Below are positions 1 to 9,971 of a DNA stretch of 64,000 nucleotides, in pieces. The notes under the pieces were generated by a model that had not been told where the DNA came from, did no database searches, and saw only the letters and a list, made by a program, of their open reading frames with translations. Location: the NCBI GenBank assembly GCA_035502215.1, contig DATJUR010000122.1, positions 2,952 through 66,951 of the forward strand. The letters are read 5' to 3'. Each line of letters starts with the position of its first letter. Within the stretch, counting starts at the first letter, position 1. The position numbers and the translations under genes were made by a program. The stretch is from Acidimicrobiales bacterium (lineage in GTDB: Bacteria > Actinomycetota > Acidimicrobiia > Acidimicrobiales > RAAP-2).

Positions 1-2
1 TT

Positions 3-434
3 TCTGCGATCATCGCGGCCGGAGAGTCGTACGCGTACCCCTTAGGACTCGCGAGCGACGAGGCACGCGCGCTGTGGATGGAACAGCCACCGTGCCGGGT
101 ACTTATGGCGATCGAAGGCGGTCGGATCGTGGGATCAGCTAAGGCCGGGCCCAATCGCCCTGGGCGCGGCGCGCACGTTGCTACCGCCAGCTTCATGGTG
201 GATCCCAATGCCCGGGGTCGCGGCGTGGGCCGGGCTCTCGCGCTGGAGGTCCTGAGTTGGGCGCGCCGTGAGGGCTACGCCGCTATGCAGTTCAACGCCG
301 TCGTCGAAACGAACGCGGCGGCCGTGGGTCTGTGGCGGAGCTTGGGATTTGAGATTCTCACGACGGTCCCCGAGGCCTTCGACTCCGCCTCGAACGGCCT
401 GGTCGGTCTGCACGTCATGTATCAGAAACTCTGA
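3..434 (+). CDS. GNAT family N-acetyltransferase (5' end outside window)
   Basis: Frame is open from the window edge (SAIIAAGESYAYP...); acetyl-CoA motif A VDPNARGRGVG; FNAVVETN...A.GLW..LGF. Confidence 0.85.
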   Translation, partial: SAIIAAGESYAYPLGLASDEARALWMEQPPCRVLMAIEGGRIVGSAKAGPNRPGRGAHVATASFMVDPNARGRGVGRALALEVLSWARREGYAAMQFNAVVETNAAAVGLWRSLGFEILTTVPEAFDSASNGLVGLHVMYQKL

Positions 435-445
435 CGCGTCTGCGA

Positions 446-1411
446 CTAGGTGCGAATGACAACGTTGAGAGGCTCCTCGCCGTTTCGAAGTCGATCGATC
501 TGTTCTTTCACGAGGTGAATGAGTCGTGGTATGGCAGCGCTCGTCGCTCCCCCGACGTGGGGCGATATCAGCACGTTCTCGAGGGCAAAGAGCGGGTGGC
601 CCTCGGGCAGCGGCTCGGGGTCGGTCACGTCCAGCGCCAAGCGCAGACGACCCGAACGAGCGTGATCCACGAGCGCGTTGGTGTCGGCGACCTGGCCGCG
701 CGCAATATTGACCAGCATCGACCCGTCGCTCATCCGAGACAAAAAGGCGTCATCAACGAGGTGAGTGGTGCTGTCGTTGAGCGGGACGGCGATGATGACG
801 ATGTCGGCCGAAGGAAGTAGCTCGGGCAGGGCGTCGATTCCATATATCTCGCCGATCTCATCGCGGCGCTCGTGGTGGGCCACCCGGGTGAGTACGACCT
901 CGAATGGCAAAAGGCGCTGGGCGATGGCCCGACCGACGCCCCCGTATCCGACGAGGAGAACACGTCGGTCGGCCAAGCTTTCGCGCCACCCGCGCTTCCA
1001 CTCTCCTCGCTCGGCCGCTCGCACGTAGTCCGGAATGCCTCGTTGCAGAGCCAAGATGAGCGCGAGGGCGAGTTCGGAGGTGGATGTTTCGTGTACCGAG
1101 GCGGCGTTGGCGTAGACGATTCCGGCTGGCAGACGTTCCGCCATGCCGTCATAGCCGAGCATCGGGCTCTGAACGAGGCGAGTCCGGACGCTCGAGAGTT
1201 GCGTGATCCAATCGCTTCCCCCCAGAAACGGCGGTACGAGCACGTCAATGGACGCTACGGGCGACGGACCGCTCATGTCCCACACCACGACGTCCACGCC
1301 GTCGATGTCGCGAAGTGCCGCGGCCACGTTCACGTCGGACACACTGACAACGAGACGATCAGGGTTTGGGGCCATACGTCGGGTCATCCTAGGTGGGGGC
1401 CTGATAGTCAA
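446..1411 (-). CDS. D-isomer-specific 2-hydroxyacid dehydrogenase
   Basis: GYGGVG Rossmann motif, NIARG, LDVTDPEP, SPHVGG; start uncertain (ATG at 1375 also plausible). Confidence 0.9.
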   Translation of the reverse strand: MTIRPPPRMTRRMAPNPDRLVVSVSDVNVAAALRDIDGVDVVVWDMSGPSPVASIDVLVPPFLGGSDWITQLSSVRTRLVQSPMLGYDGMAERLPAGIVYANAASVHETSTSELALALILALQRGIPDYVRAAERGEWKRGWRESLADRRVLLVGYGGVGRAIAQRLLPFEVVLTRVAHHERRDEIGEIYGIDALPELLPSADIVIIAVPLNDSTTHLVDDAFLSRMSDGSMLVNIARGQVADTNALVDHARSGRLRLALDVTDPEPLPEGHPLFALENVLISPHVGGATSAAIPRLIHLVKEQIDRLRNGEEPLNVVIRT

Positions 1412-1527
1412 CGCACCCCTATCGGAGGCTCCAGGTCATGTCGCGAGTCGAACTCTGAGGTCACTCACCCGTGGCGCGGCAGTTCGTCGGACATAATCGA
1501 GGGACTGCCCAGTCACGAGGAGTCGCG

Positions 1528-2793
1528 ATGCCCATCACCGTCACACCTATCAGCGAAGTCAGCGACGAGGTGAACGACGTGCGCGTGCGCACGGCGACGA
1601 TTGTCAACGAGGCGATTCTGCCTCACGAAGCCGTGTTGTGGCGCTCGGCGCACGCGGCGGGCTCCACGGACGACGAGCGCGCCGCAGCGCGCGAGGAAAG
1701 TCGTGAACTCAAAGAGTCCATCAAGGACGCGGTGAAAGCCGCCGGGCTCTGGGCCCCGCATCTGCCCACCGAGTACGGCGGTGCGGGCCTGGACTTTCTC
1801 TCGCTCGCGTACATGTACGAGATTCTCGCCTACGCCGTGGGCGCGAACGCGCTCTTTGGCATCGCCGCGCCGAACTCGGGCAACGCCAGCATTCTGCTGA
1901 AGTACGGAACGCAGGAACAAAAAGAGAAGTGGCTGCTGCCACTTATCGCGGGCGAGATGGAGTCCGGATTCTCGATGACCGAGCCCGAGCACGCCGGCTC
2001 GGATCCTCGGTCACTGGCGACCGAGGCGGTGCGCGAAGGTGACGAGTGGGTCATCAACGGACACAAGTGGTTCACCTCCAATGGTCTCGACGCCGACTTC
2101 TTCATTGTGATGTGCCGCACCGTTGACGCGAGCGGCGAACTGGGCTCGAACGTTCATATGAGTCAGATCATCGTGCCCGCCTCCACGCCTGGCGTCAACA
2201 TCATTCGCGGTATCGGCGTGTTCGGTCGTTCTACCTCCGACCACTGCGAGATTCGCTACGACAACGTCCGGGTACCCATCGAGAACACCCTGGGCCTCGT
2301 GGGCCAGGGTCACCAGGCCGCCCAAGACCGCCTCGGCGCGGGTCGCGTCTATCACTGCATGAACTCGATCGGCCAGATGCGACGAGCCTTCGACCTGATG
2401 GTCGAACGCTCCTTGGTGCGCGAGGTGCACGGAGGGCTGCTCAAAGACAAGCAGTTCATTCAGGGGTTTATTGCCGAGAGCTTTCTGGACGTCCAGTCCG
2501 CTCGACTGATGACCATTGAAGCGGCCAATCGAGTCGCCACCAATGATCCCGAGGCGCGCACCGCGATCTCGGCGATCAAGGTCTTCGTACCCGCCGCCTA
2601 CCACCGGGTCGTTGACCGGGCGATTCAGGTCTGGGGCGGCGCGGGCGTGAGCAACGACCTACCGCTTGCCCAGATGTATCTCACCGCGCGCATCTTGCGC
2701 ATCGCTGACGGTCCCGACGAAGTACACAAAATATTAATTTCTAAGAACATCATCCACCGCTACGAGGCGGGTGAGGGCTGGAGCTTCTCGTAG
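1528..2793 (+). CDS. Acyl-CoA dehydrogenase
   Basis: FSMTEPEHAGSD, INGHKWFTS, AIQVWGGAG, RIADGPDEVH; RBS GAGGAG before ATG 1528. Confidence 0.93.
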   Translation: MPITVTPISEVSDEVNDVRVRTATIVNEAILPHEAVLWRSAHAAGSTDDERAAAREESRELKESIKDAVKAAGLWAPHLPTEYGGAGLDFLSLAYMYEILAYAVGANALFGIAAPNSGNASILLKYGTQEQKEKWLLPLIAGEMESGFSMTEPEHAGSDPRSLATEAVREGDEWVINGHKWFTSNGLDADFFIVMCRTVDASGELGSNVHMSQIIVPASTPGVNIIRGIGVFGRSTSDHCEIRYDNVRVPIENTLGLVGQGHQAAQDRLGAGRVYHCMNSIGQMRRAFDLMVERSLVREVHGGLLKDKQFIQGFIAESFLDVQSARLMTIEAANRVATNDPEARTAISAIKVFVPAAYHRVVDRAIQVWGGAGVSNDLPLAQMYLTARILRIADGPDEVHKILISKNIIHRYEAGEGWSFS

Positions 2794-2884
2794 TTCGCGT
2801 GGATCGTTACGAGTCGACGCCTCGCGCGACACGCGTGATCTGGCGTGGGCCGTGCCATAGTGGAACTCCAAGGGGGGCAAGGTC

Positions 2885-3550
2885 ATGACGGTCGCCAAAG
2901 AGCCCGGTGGCACCCGGCAACGCATCATCGAGTGCACCGAGCAGCTCTTACTTGAGGTCGGGAGCAACGATCTTCACCTCTCCCAGGTCGCCGAGCGAGC
3001 TCAAGTCGGCCTGCAGACTATCTACTACCACTTCGAGTCACGTACGCAGCTGATCGCCCGCGCCCAGGCGTCGGCCTATCTACGCCTCATCGCACCGCTA
3101 CACGGGCACCTGGAGATTGTCGAGCGCGCAGTCGTTGAACGAGATGAGGAAACGTACTGGCGCGTCCTCGGCGAGAACACGGCGTTGTCCTGGTCGTACG
3201 CGCATAACGACGACAAGTGGCAGACGACGACCTTGCTCAGCGACATCTGGGCCGACGACGACACGCGCGAGGAGTTTCGCGCGAATCTCGACGTGCAGGT
3301 CGCACGTTGGGTCGCGGTCATCGAGGCGGGCAAGCCGTTGGGCTGGGTGAGGCCCGACCTTGATGCCTACGCCTTGGTCACGACGTGTTGGGCGGGATCG
3401 ATCGGTCAAGCCATCTTCGTGAATTCGAAGAATAACCACTACTCACCCGAAAGCATCAATGCATTTTTCCTCTCGGTGACGCGCATGACCCCCGAAAATG
3501 TCGATGATTCGAAGGAAATGCGCGTCCGCGCGGGCGAGGCAAATCTGTAA
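2885..3550 (+). CDS. TetR/AcrR family transcriptional regulator
   Basis: N-terminal HTH (VAERAQVGLQTIYYHFESR); RBS before ATG. Confidence 0.88.
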   Translation: MTVAKEPGGTRQRIIECTEQLLLEVGSNDLHLSQVAERAQVGLQTIYYHFESRTQLIARAQASAYLRLIAPLHGHLEIVERAVVERDEETYWRVLGENTALSWSYAHNDDKWQTTTLLSDIWADDDTREEFRANLDVQVARWVAVIEAGKPLGWVRPDLDAYALVTTCWAGSIGQAIFVNSKNNHYSPESINAFFLSVTRMTPENVDDSKEMRVRAGEANL

Positions 3551-3592
3551 GGCGATTACAACTTTCTGCGGCGCCTGTGTAGCGCAGAATGT

Positions 3593-3608
3593 AACTCACT
3601 GGTGAGTT
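3593..3608. promoter_or_regulatory. Palindromic operator AACTCAC-TG-GTGAGTT, probable TetR site
   Basis: Perfect 7-bp arms upstream of the second tetR and the CoA-transferase operon. Confidence 0.55.
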
Positions 3609-3683
3609 GGTGAATTGGTGCAGCGCTGATAGGTGGTTGAACGCGTCTCGAGTTCGCCAGCGTGACACCAACAAGGGAGACAG

Positions 3684-4388
3684 GTGGGTAAGGCGGAGGT
3701 GTCGGCAATCAGATTGACTCGCGCCACGACCGCCTCGAGCGACGTCGGCGGCAAGGCGGCCGCGACCCGGCAACGAATCCTGGACGCAGCCGCTCAGGTC
3801 CTGGCCGATCGCGGGTTTTCGGGCATGCGCCTGGCCGACGTGGGGGAGGTCGCCGGCATTCAGGCGCCGGCCATCTACTACCACTTCTCCAACAAAGAAG
3901 AGCTCGCCCTCGAGGTTTTCGTGACCGGGCTTACCCGATGTCGAACGAACCTCGAGGGCGTACTCAAGGAGTTTGAGGGCGATGATCCCCTCGATCGCCT
4001 CGCCCTCGCGATTGATGCGCACCTGCGGCTGTGTTCTCGCTACCCCGACTACGCCCGAGCGTGGATCCAGCGCATCGCGGGCGGCGCCCCCGAACACGTC
4101 CAAGAGCAGTGCCGAGGGGACGAGCGAGCCTACGCGAGGATCTGGACGCGCCTCATCGGTGAGGCGAAGACGGCGGGGCTGTTGCGCGACGACGTGGACA
4201 TCAAAATGGCCCAGCAACTTGTCCTTGGCGCGCTCAACGCCCTCGTGGCGACGTGGCGCGTGGGACGAAGCACTGCCATCGACCCGGTTGTGGCCAGCGC
4301 CCAACTCGTCCTGCTCTCGGGACTGTCCAGCGAAGTGCGCGAGTGGTCGCGTATCGATACCGAGAGTGAGTCTCAGGCGCTCTCGTAG
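3684..4388 (+). CDS. TetR family regulator (KstR2/acyl-CoA-responsive type)
   Basis: HTH VGEVAGIQAPAIYYHFSNKEEL; C-terminal GALNALVATW resembles KstR2-type ligand domain. Confidence 0.87.
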   Translation: MGKAEVSAIRLTRATTASSDVGGKAAATRQRILDAAAQVLADRGFSGMRLADVGEVAGIQAPAIYYHFSNKEELALEVFVTGLTRCRTNLEGVLKEFEGDDPLDRLALAIDAHLRLCSRYPDYARAWIQRIAGGAPEHVQEQCRGDERAYARIWTRLIGEAKTAGLLRDDVDIKMAQQLVLGALNALVATWRVGRSTAIDPVVASAQLVLLSGLSSEVREWSRIDTESESQALS

Positions 4389-4429
4389 TAACCAGCCCCC
4401 GCGCCCGGAATGCTAGGAAAGACTGGACT

Positions 4430-5671
4430 ATGTCTGATCCCGCGCGCAGTGTTGACGAATCGTCTGGTCCACTCGGCGGCATTCGCGTCGTCGAACTCGC
4501 TTCGGTGATCATGGCGCCCTACGCGGGACAGATCTTGGGCGACCTCGGGGCCGACGTGATCAAGGTGGAGCACAGTGTCATCGACAACAGCCGCCTGATG
4601 GGAGGAGGTCCGCACCCGGAGCTGTCTGGCATCGCGCTCAACCTGCATCGCAACAAGCGCTCGCTGGGTCTGGACGTCAAGACGCCCGAAGGTCACGAGG
4701 TTCTCTGGCGCCTTCTTGCCACGAGTGACGTCTTCATCACGAACGTACGACCCGGCGCTCTCGCACGGCTCCAAGTCAGCTACGAGGACCTTGCCGGATC
4801 GATGCCGCGACTCGTGTACTGCCAGTCACAGGGCTTCGCCACGGCAAGCTCCGACGAAGACCGTCCCGCCTACGACGACATCATTCAAGCAATGACCGGG
4901 CTCCCGTGGCTCAACCAACAAGTCCTTGACGCCACGGCGTTTGTGCCGACGTTGCTTGGCGACAAGGTAGCGGGGCTCACCATCGCCTACGCGGTGCTGG
5001 CCGCCCTGGTGCATCGCGAGCGCACCGGACAGGGTCAGCGGGTCGAGGTGCCGATGTTCAACTCGGTACTCTCCTTTAACCTCGTAGAACACCTCAGTCG
5101 CGCGGCCGTTGAGGGAGGCGCCGCGGGATACGCGCGCATCATGTCCTCGCTGCGCGGTCCGCACCGCACGCGCAATGGATACGTCGCGATCATGCCCTAC
5201 ACCGACGCGAATTGGCACTCGCTGTGCCGCGCGATCGACCGGTTGGACGTGCTCGAGCGACCCTGGTTTGCGAGTTACGAAACGCGCACTCGCGACGCCG
5301 ACCGCGTCTTTGGCGATCTCGCCGAGATCGTGGCCGAGCGCACGACCGAGGAGTGGCTTGAGATCGGCGAGCTTTACGACATCCCGGTGAGCGCGGTGTC
5401 CTCGCTCGATGACATAGTCAGTGATGCGGCGTTGAACCGCGACGTGATCACGACCGCCACCCATCCGGTGGTGGGCGAGTATCGCCAGATCTCCCCGCCG
5501 GTGTCGATGTCCGAGACACCCACCGGGGTTCGCCGCCCCGCACCCTTGGTGTCCCAGCACACCCGCGAGGTGCTCGGTGAGTTGGGCTACTCCGACGACG
5601 AGATCAGGTCACTGATCGATCACGGCGTCGCGGGGGTCGCCGATGAGCGCACCTCGCCCGACGTAGCGTGA
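4430..5671 (+). CDS. Family III CoA transferase (CaiB/BaiF)
   Basis: LGDLGADVIKVE, HRNKRS, RPAYDDIIQA, GDKVAG (catalytic Asp). Confidence 0.92.
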   Translation: MSDPARSVDESSGPLGGIRVVELASVIMAPYAGQILGDLGADVIKVEHSVIDNSRLMGGGPHPELSGIALNLHRNKRSLGLDVKTPEGHEVLWRLLATSDVFITNVRPGALARLQVSYEDLAGSMPRLVYCQSQGFATASSDEDRPAYDDIIQAMTGLPWLNQQVLDATAFVPTLLGDKVAGLTIAYAVLAALVHRERTGQGQRVEVPMFNSVLSFNLVEHLSRAAVEGGAAGYARIMSSLRGPHRTRNGYVAIMPYTDANWHSLCRAIDRLDVLERPWFASYETRTRDADRVFGDLAEIVAERTTEEWLEIGELYDIPVSAVSSLDDIVSDAALNRDVITTATHPVVGEYRQISPPVSMSETPTGVRRPAPLVSQHTREVLGELGYSDDEIRSLIDHGVAGVADERTSPDVA

Positions 5672-5709
5672 CCTTCGTTGCCCCCATCGCTCATCGTTAG
5701 GCTTCGTGC

Positions 5710-6837
5710 GTGAGTGGACCTCTGGCGGGACTGCGCATTGTCGAGTTTGCGGGCCTCGGCCCCGCACCGTACGCGGCGATGTTATTGGCCGACTTAGGTG
5801 CAGACGTCTTGCGCCTGGAGCGACTCGAGACACGCTCGCACGCGTCCAGCGGCGAGATCCTCTTGAGATCGCGTACCAGTGTCGCCCTCGACCTGAAGAG
5901 TGACGCCGGTCGTGAACTCGCCCTGGAGCTCTCGACGCGAGCCGACGCCGTCATCGAAGGGTTTCGCCCCGGCGTGATGGAGCGTCTGGGGCTGGGTCCC
6001 GGTGACCTTTTGGCGCAGAATCCACGTCTGGTCTACGGGCGCATGACCGGATACGGCCAGAGCGGAGCGCTCTCGCAGCGCTCGGGTCACGACATCAACT
6101 ACATCGCAGTCTCGGGGGCGCTGTGGCCACTCGGGCGCGCCGGAGAGCGCCCGACGCCGCCGATGAACCTCGTGGGTGACTTTGGTGGAGGCTCACTCTT
6201 TCTTGTCCTGGGTGTCCTCGCCGGGGTCTGGTCGGCGCGTGAGACGGGACTGGGCCAAGTCGTCGACGCCGCCATGGTCGACGGCTCGGCTTCGATGCTG
6301 GCGATGATGCACTCCTTCATCAATCAAGGCTTCTGGAACGAGGAGCGCGGTACCAACATCTTGGATACGGGCGCGCATTTCTACGAGGTCTACGAGACGA
6401 GCGACCACCAGTTCATGGCCGTGGGTGCCATCGAGGCCAAGTTCTACGAGCAGCTTCTCCGGGGCTTGGGACTGGAGTCCTCGGACCTGCCTCACCAGAT
6501 GGACCGAACGCAGTGGCCCGTGATGAAAGAGCGCCTCGCCGCAGTGTTTGCGACCAAGACCCGCGACGAGTGGACGAGCATTTTCGATACCCTCGACGCG
6601 TGCGTTACCCCCGTACTCGCGCCTCGCGAGGCGCCAAAGCACCCCTACAACACCGAGCGCGACGTCTATCTCAGTGAACCCGTCCAACCTGCGCCGGCGC
6701 CGCGGTTCTCGCGCACGCCGGGCTCGATCCGTGCGGTGCTCTCGGTCCGAGACGCGCTGGCGAGCTGGGGTGTGAGCGAGGAGCGCGTGGTGACTCTTGA
6801 ACGCAGCGGCGTGATTGGCGAGGGAGTCGTGGCGTAG
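5710..6837 (+). CDS. Alpha-methylacyl-CoA racemase-like CaiB/BaiF protein
   Basis: GLGPAP, GHDINY (His base) and NLVGDFGGG (Asp acid) as in Mcr/AMACR; PAPAPRFSRTP. Confidence 0.88.
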   Translation: MSGPLAGLRIVEFAGLGPAPYAAMLLADLGADVLRLERLETRSHASSGEILLRSRTSVALDLKSDAGRELALELSTRADAVIEGFRPGVMERLGLGPGDLLAQNPRLVYGRMTGYGQSGALSQRSGHDINYIAVSGALWPLGRAGERPTPPMNLVGDFGGGSLFLVLGVLAGVWSARETGLGQVVDAAMVDGSASMLAMMHSFINQGFWNEERGTNILDTGAHFYEVYETSDHQFMAVGAIEAKFYEQLLRGLGLESSDLPHQMDRTQWPVMKERLAAVFATKTRDEWTSIFDTLDACVTPVLAPREAPKHPYNTERDVYLSEPVQPAPAPRFSRTPGSIRAVLSVRDALASWGVSEERVVTLERSGVIGEGVVA

Positions 6838-6947
6838 CGCACTCGTTACGCCACGGGGAGGGACTCGCACGCTCACTCGTGACGGGTCGTGAAAACGATC
6901 TGACACACTGGAGTGAGAGAACTGAGTCCCACGCGAAAGAAGGGGTC

Positions 6948-8468
6948 ATGAAGCGCATCACCCACTGGATCGACGGTAAGCCCTTTGTCGGCGACGCCCG
7001 ACGACACGGCAAGGTCTATAACCCCGCCACTGGTGTGCAGAGCGCTGAGGTGGACTTCGCCACCGACGACGAGGTGAACGCCGCGGTCGCGGCCGCCTTT
7101 TCGGCGTTTCCTGAGTGGCGCGCGACCTCGCTCGCTCGACGCAGCGCGGCGATGTTCGCGCTGCGCGAGTTGCTCGTCGCCCACGCGGGCGAGATCGCGG
7201 ATCTCATCGTCGCGGAGCACGGCAAAGTCAAGAGCGACGCGGCGGGCGAGGTGGCCCGGGGCCTCGAGGTCGTGGAGTTCGCCTGTGGTATCGCTCAGCT
7301 TCTCAAGGGTGAGTTCACGGAGGGCGCGTCCACGGGGGTCAACGTTCACTCGCTGCGCCAGCCGCTTGGTGTGGTGGCGGGCATCACACCCTTCAACTTT
7401 CCCGCGATGGTGCCGCTGTGGATGTTCCCTCTGGCGATCGCCTCGGGCAACACTTTTGTCCTCAAGCCCTCAGAAAAGGACCCCTCGGCCTCGCTGCTCC
7501 TCGCCGAACTGGTGGCCGAGGCTGGAGTGCCCAACGGGGTCTTCAACGTCGTCCAAGGAGACAAGGTCGCCGTCGACCGCATATTGCGGCATCCCGACAT
7601 CAAGGCCGTGAGCTTCGTGGGTTCCACCGCGATCGCGCGCTACATCTACGAGACGGCCGCGCACGAGGGCAAGCGCGTCCAGGCCCTCGGAGGGGCCAAG
7701 AATCACATGATCGTCCTGCCCGACGCGGACCTCGCCGACGCGGCCGAGGCCGCCGTGAGCGCGGGGTTTGGCTCGGCCGGCGAACGATGCATGGCCGCCT
7801 CGGTGCTCGTAGCAGTCGACGGCGTCGGCGACGAACTCGTCGAGCGCATTCGCGCGCGCGTCGATCGACTGACGGTGGGCGACGGCACCAACGCGGCCTC
7901 GGAGATGGGACCCCTGGTGACCCGCGAGCATCGCGACAAGGTGGCTTCCTATCTGAGCATCGGCCAGGCCGCGGGCGCCACGGTCGCCATCGACGGGCGT
8001 GAGCACGACATCGCCGGCGACCCGAACGGCTTTTGGCTCGGACCGTGCCTCATCGACAACGTCACCGAAGAGATGCAGGTCTATACCGATGAGATCTTTG
8101 GACCGGTGCTGTCGATGGTACGAGTCGACACGGTGGACGACGCGATCGCGCTGGTCCAGCGCAATGGGTACGGCAACGGCGTGGCGATCTTTACCAGTGA
8201 CGGTGGCGCCGCGCAGCGCTTCGAGACGGAGGTGGAGGCCGGCATGGTCGGCATCAACGTCGCGATCCCGGTGCCCGTGGCGTACTACTCCTTTGGAGGA
8301 TGGAATGACTCGCTCTTCGGCGATCTGCACGTCTATGGTCCCGACGGCGTCAAGTTCTACACGCGGGGTAAGGCCGTGACGAGCCGTTGGGCCAACATCG
8401 GTCAGCACCACGCCACCCTGAGTTTTCCCGCTAACGCCACCCACGATCGGCCGGCGAAGGGCACGTAG
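6948..8468 (+). CDS. mmsA: CoA-acylating methylmalonate-semialdehyde dehydrogenase
   Basis: ITPFNFPAMVP, KPSEKDP, SFVGST, GGAKNH, GSAGERCMA, EIFGPV; RBS before ATG 6948. Confidence 0.93.
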   Translation: MKRITHWIDGKPFVGDARRHGKVYNPATGVQSAEVDFATDDEVNAAVAAAFSAFPEWRATSLARRSAAMFALRELLVAHAGEIADLIVAEHGKVKSDAAGEVARGLEVVEFACGIAQLLKGEFTEGASTGVNVHSLRQPLGVVAGITPFNFPAMVPLWMFPLAIASGNTFVLKPSEKDPSASLLLAELVAEAGVPNGVFNVVQGDKVAVDRILRHPDIKAVSFVGSTAIARYIYETAAHEGKRVQALGGAKNHMIVLPDADLADAAEAAVSAGFGSAGERCMAASVLVAVDGVGDELVERIRARVDRLTVGDGTNAASEMGPLVTREHRDKVASYLSIGQAAGATVAIDGREHDIAGDPNGFWLGPCLIDNVTEEMQVYTDEIFGPVLSMVRVDTVDDAIALVQRNGYGNGVAIFTSDGGAAQRFETEVEAGMVGINVAIPVPVAYYSFGGWNDSLFGDLHVYGPDGVKFYTRGKAVTSRWANIGQHHATLSFPANATHDRPAKGT

Positions 8469-8483
8469 CCCTGCGGTCTCTCT

Positions 8484-9395
8484 GTGCCCCCGTCGTCGCC
8501 CCACCCCCCACGTCCCGGGCCCAAGGGCGCCGCCCTGGGCCTGGGCGGATCGGCTGTTGCCGCCGTGTTGTGGGGGTTTGGCGGCATCTTCGTGGTGCTG
8601 ACCTTCGCCTCGGGACTCGTGGTGGCCTTCTATCGACTGTGGCTGGGGGCGATCGTCTTGAGCGCGATCGTCTACGTGAGTGGAAAGCGACTGTCGTGGA
8701 CGACGGCGCGCGCCACGTGGCTCGGGGGCCTGTTTCTCGGCGGCGACATGATGATGTTCTACAGTGCCGTGCGACTCACGAGCATCGTGGACGTGTCGGT
8801 GATCGGAGCCCTGCAACCAGCCCTGGTGCTCGTGGCCGCTCGGCCGCTGTTCGGCGAACGGATGAGTCGTCGCGACGTGTTGTGGATCGTGCTCGCCATG
8901 GCGGGGGTCTCGATCGCCGTCATTGGTCCCGGTGGCAGCGCACCGCACCGCGTACTGGGCGACCTGCTCGCGGCCGGGGCACTCCTTAGTTTCACGGCGT
9001 ACTGGTTGGTGTCCAAACGCGCGCGCGAACTCACCAGCGCCATTGAGTACACGGCGGGCGTAATGATCTTTGCCGCACTCGCCTCCACACCCGTGGTGGT
9101 GATCGCCGGTCAGTCCCTGTCGCGCATTCACGCCGGCGACTGGGTGTGGATTGTTCTGCTCACCGTCGTGCCGGGAAGCGGCCACCTGGTCATGAACTGG
9201 GCTCACCGCTACGTCGACGCCTCGATCTCGGCCGCTATTAGCTGCCTGGCGCCCTTGGTGGCGTCGGTCCTCGCGATTCCGATCCTGAGTCAGTCGTTGA
9301 CCTGGTTGCAGGTGAGCGGGGTGCTCATCGGGCTGGCGGCCATTGCCGTGGTTGCCGCGCGTCATCGTGAACCCGCTCAGCCCCCCGTGGAGTAG
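8484..9395 (+). CDS. DMT/EamA family transporter
   Basis: About 10 hydrophobic helices in two repeats; PLFGER motif. Confidence 0.85.
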   Translation: MPPSSPHPPRPGPKGAALGLGGSAVAAVLWGFGGIFVVLTFASGLVVAFYRLWLGAIVLSAIVYVSGKRLSWTTARATWLGGLFLGGDMMMFYSAVRLTSIVDVSVIGALQPALVLVAARPLFGERMSRRDVLWIVLAMAGVSIAVIGPGGSAPHRVLGDLLAAGALLSFTAYWLVSKRARELTSAIEYTAGVMIFAALASTPVVVIAGQSLSRIHAGDWVWIVLLTVVPGSGHLVMNWAHRYVDASISAAISCLAPLVASVLAIPILSQSLTWLQVSGVLIGLAAIAVVAARHREPAQPPVE

Positions 9396-9955
9396 GACGC
9401 GGCATCCCGGCGGCGTAGTTTTTCGATCTCGTTGTATCGAAAGCAGTCCCGAGCGTGGTCGTTCACCATTCCCGCGGACTGCATGAACGAGTAACACGTC
9501 ATGGGACCCACGAAGGCGAAACCGTCCTTTCGCAGCTGCTTACTCATGGCGGCGGCGGCACTCTGGGCGTCCGGGCTCGATGTGCCCAGGGCCCACACGT
9601 AGGTGTTGAAACTGCCGTGTCGGCGCTGGACGTCGAGAACTGCTCGCGCGTTGGTGATCACCGAGGTGATCTTGCCGCGGTGGCGCACGATGCTGGCGTC
9701 ACCCAGGAGTGTGTCGATCTGCGCGTCGCCGAATCCCGCGACCTTGCGCGGATCAAACTTCTTGAATGCGCGTCGGTATCCCTCGCGCTTGCGCAAGATG
9801 GTGATCCAACTCAGTCCGGCTTGGGCGCCCTCTAGGCACAACAACTCAAAGAGGTGGTCGTCGTCGTGCAGGGGAACGCCCCACTCACGGTCGTGATAGG
9901 CGACGTAGACCTCGTCGTCCCCGCACCACGCACAGCGCTTCTTGGTGACACTCAC
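9377..9955 (-). CDS. tag: DNA-3-methyladenine glycosylase I
   Basis: RCAW, YHDREWG, LEGAQAGLSW, FVGP, GMVNDH...C zinc ligands. Confidence 0.95.
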   Translation of the reverse strand: MSVTKKRCAWCGDDEVYVAYHDREWGVPLHDDDHLFELLCLEGAQAGLSWITILRKREGYRRAFKKFDPRKVAGFGDAQIDTLLGDASIVRHRGKITSVITNARAVLDVQRRHGSFNTYVWALGTSSPDAQSAAAAMSKQLRKDGFAFVGPMTCYSFMQSAGMVNDHARDCFRYNEIEKLRRRDAASYSTGG

Positions 9956-9971
9956 GCGTGCGACCCCGGGT

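Noticed and set aside
7470-9497. 675-aa minus-strand ORF
   Set aside because: Antisense shadow of mmsA and the DMT gene; no motifs, composition typical of high-GC off-frame ORFs
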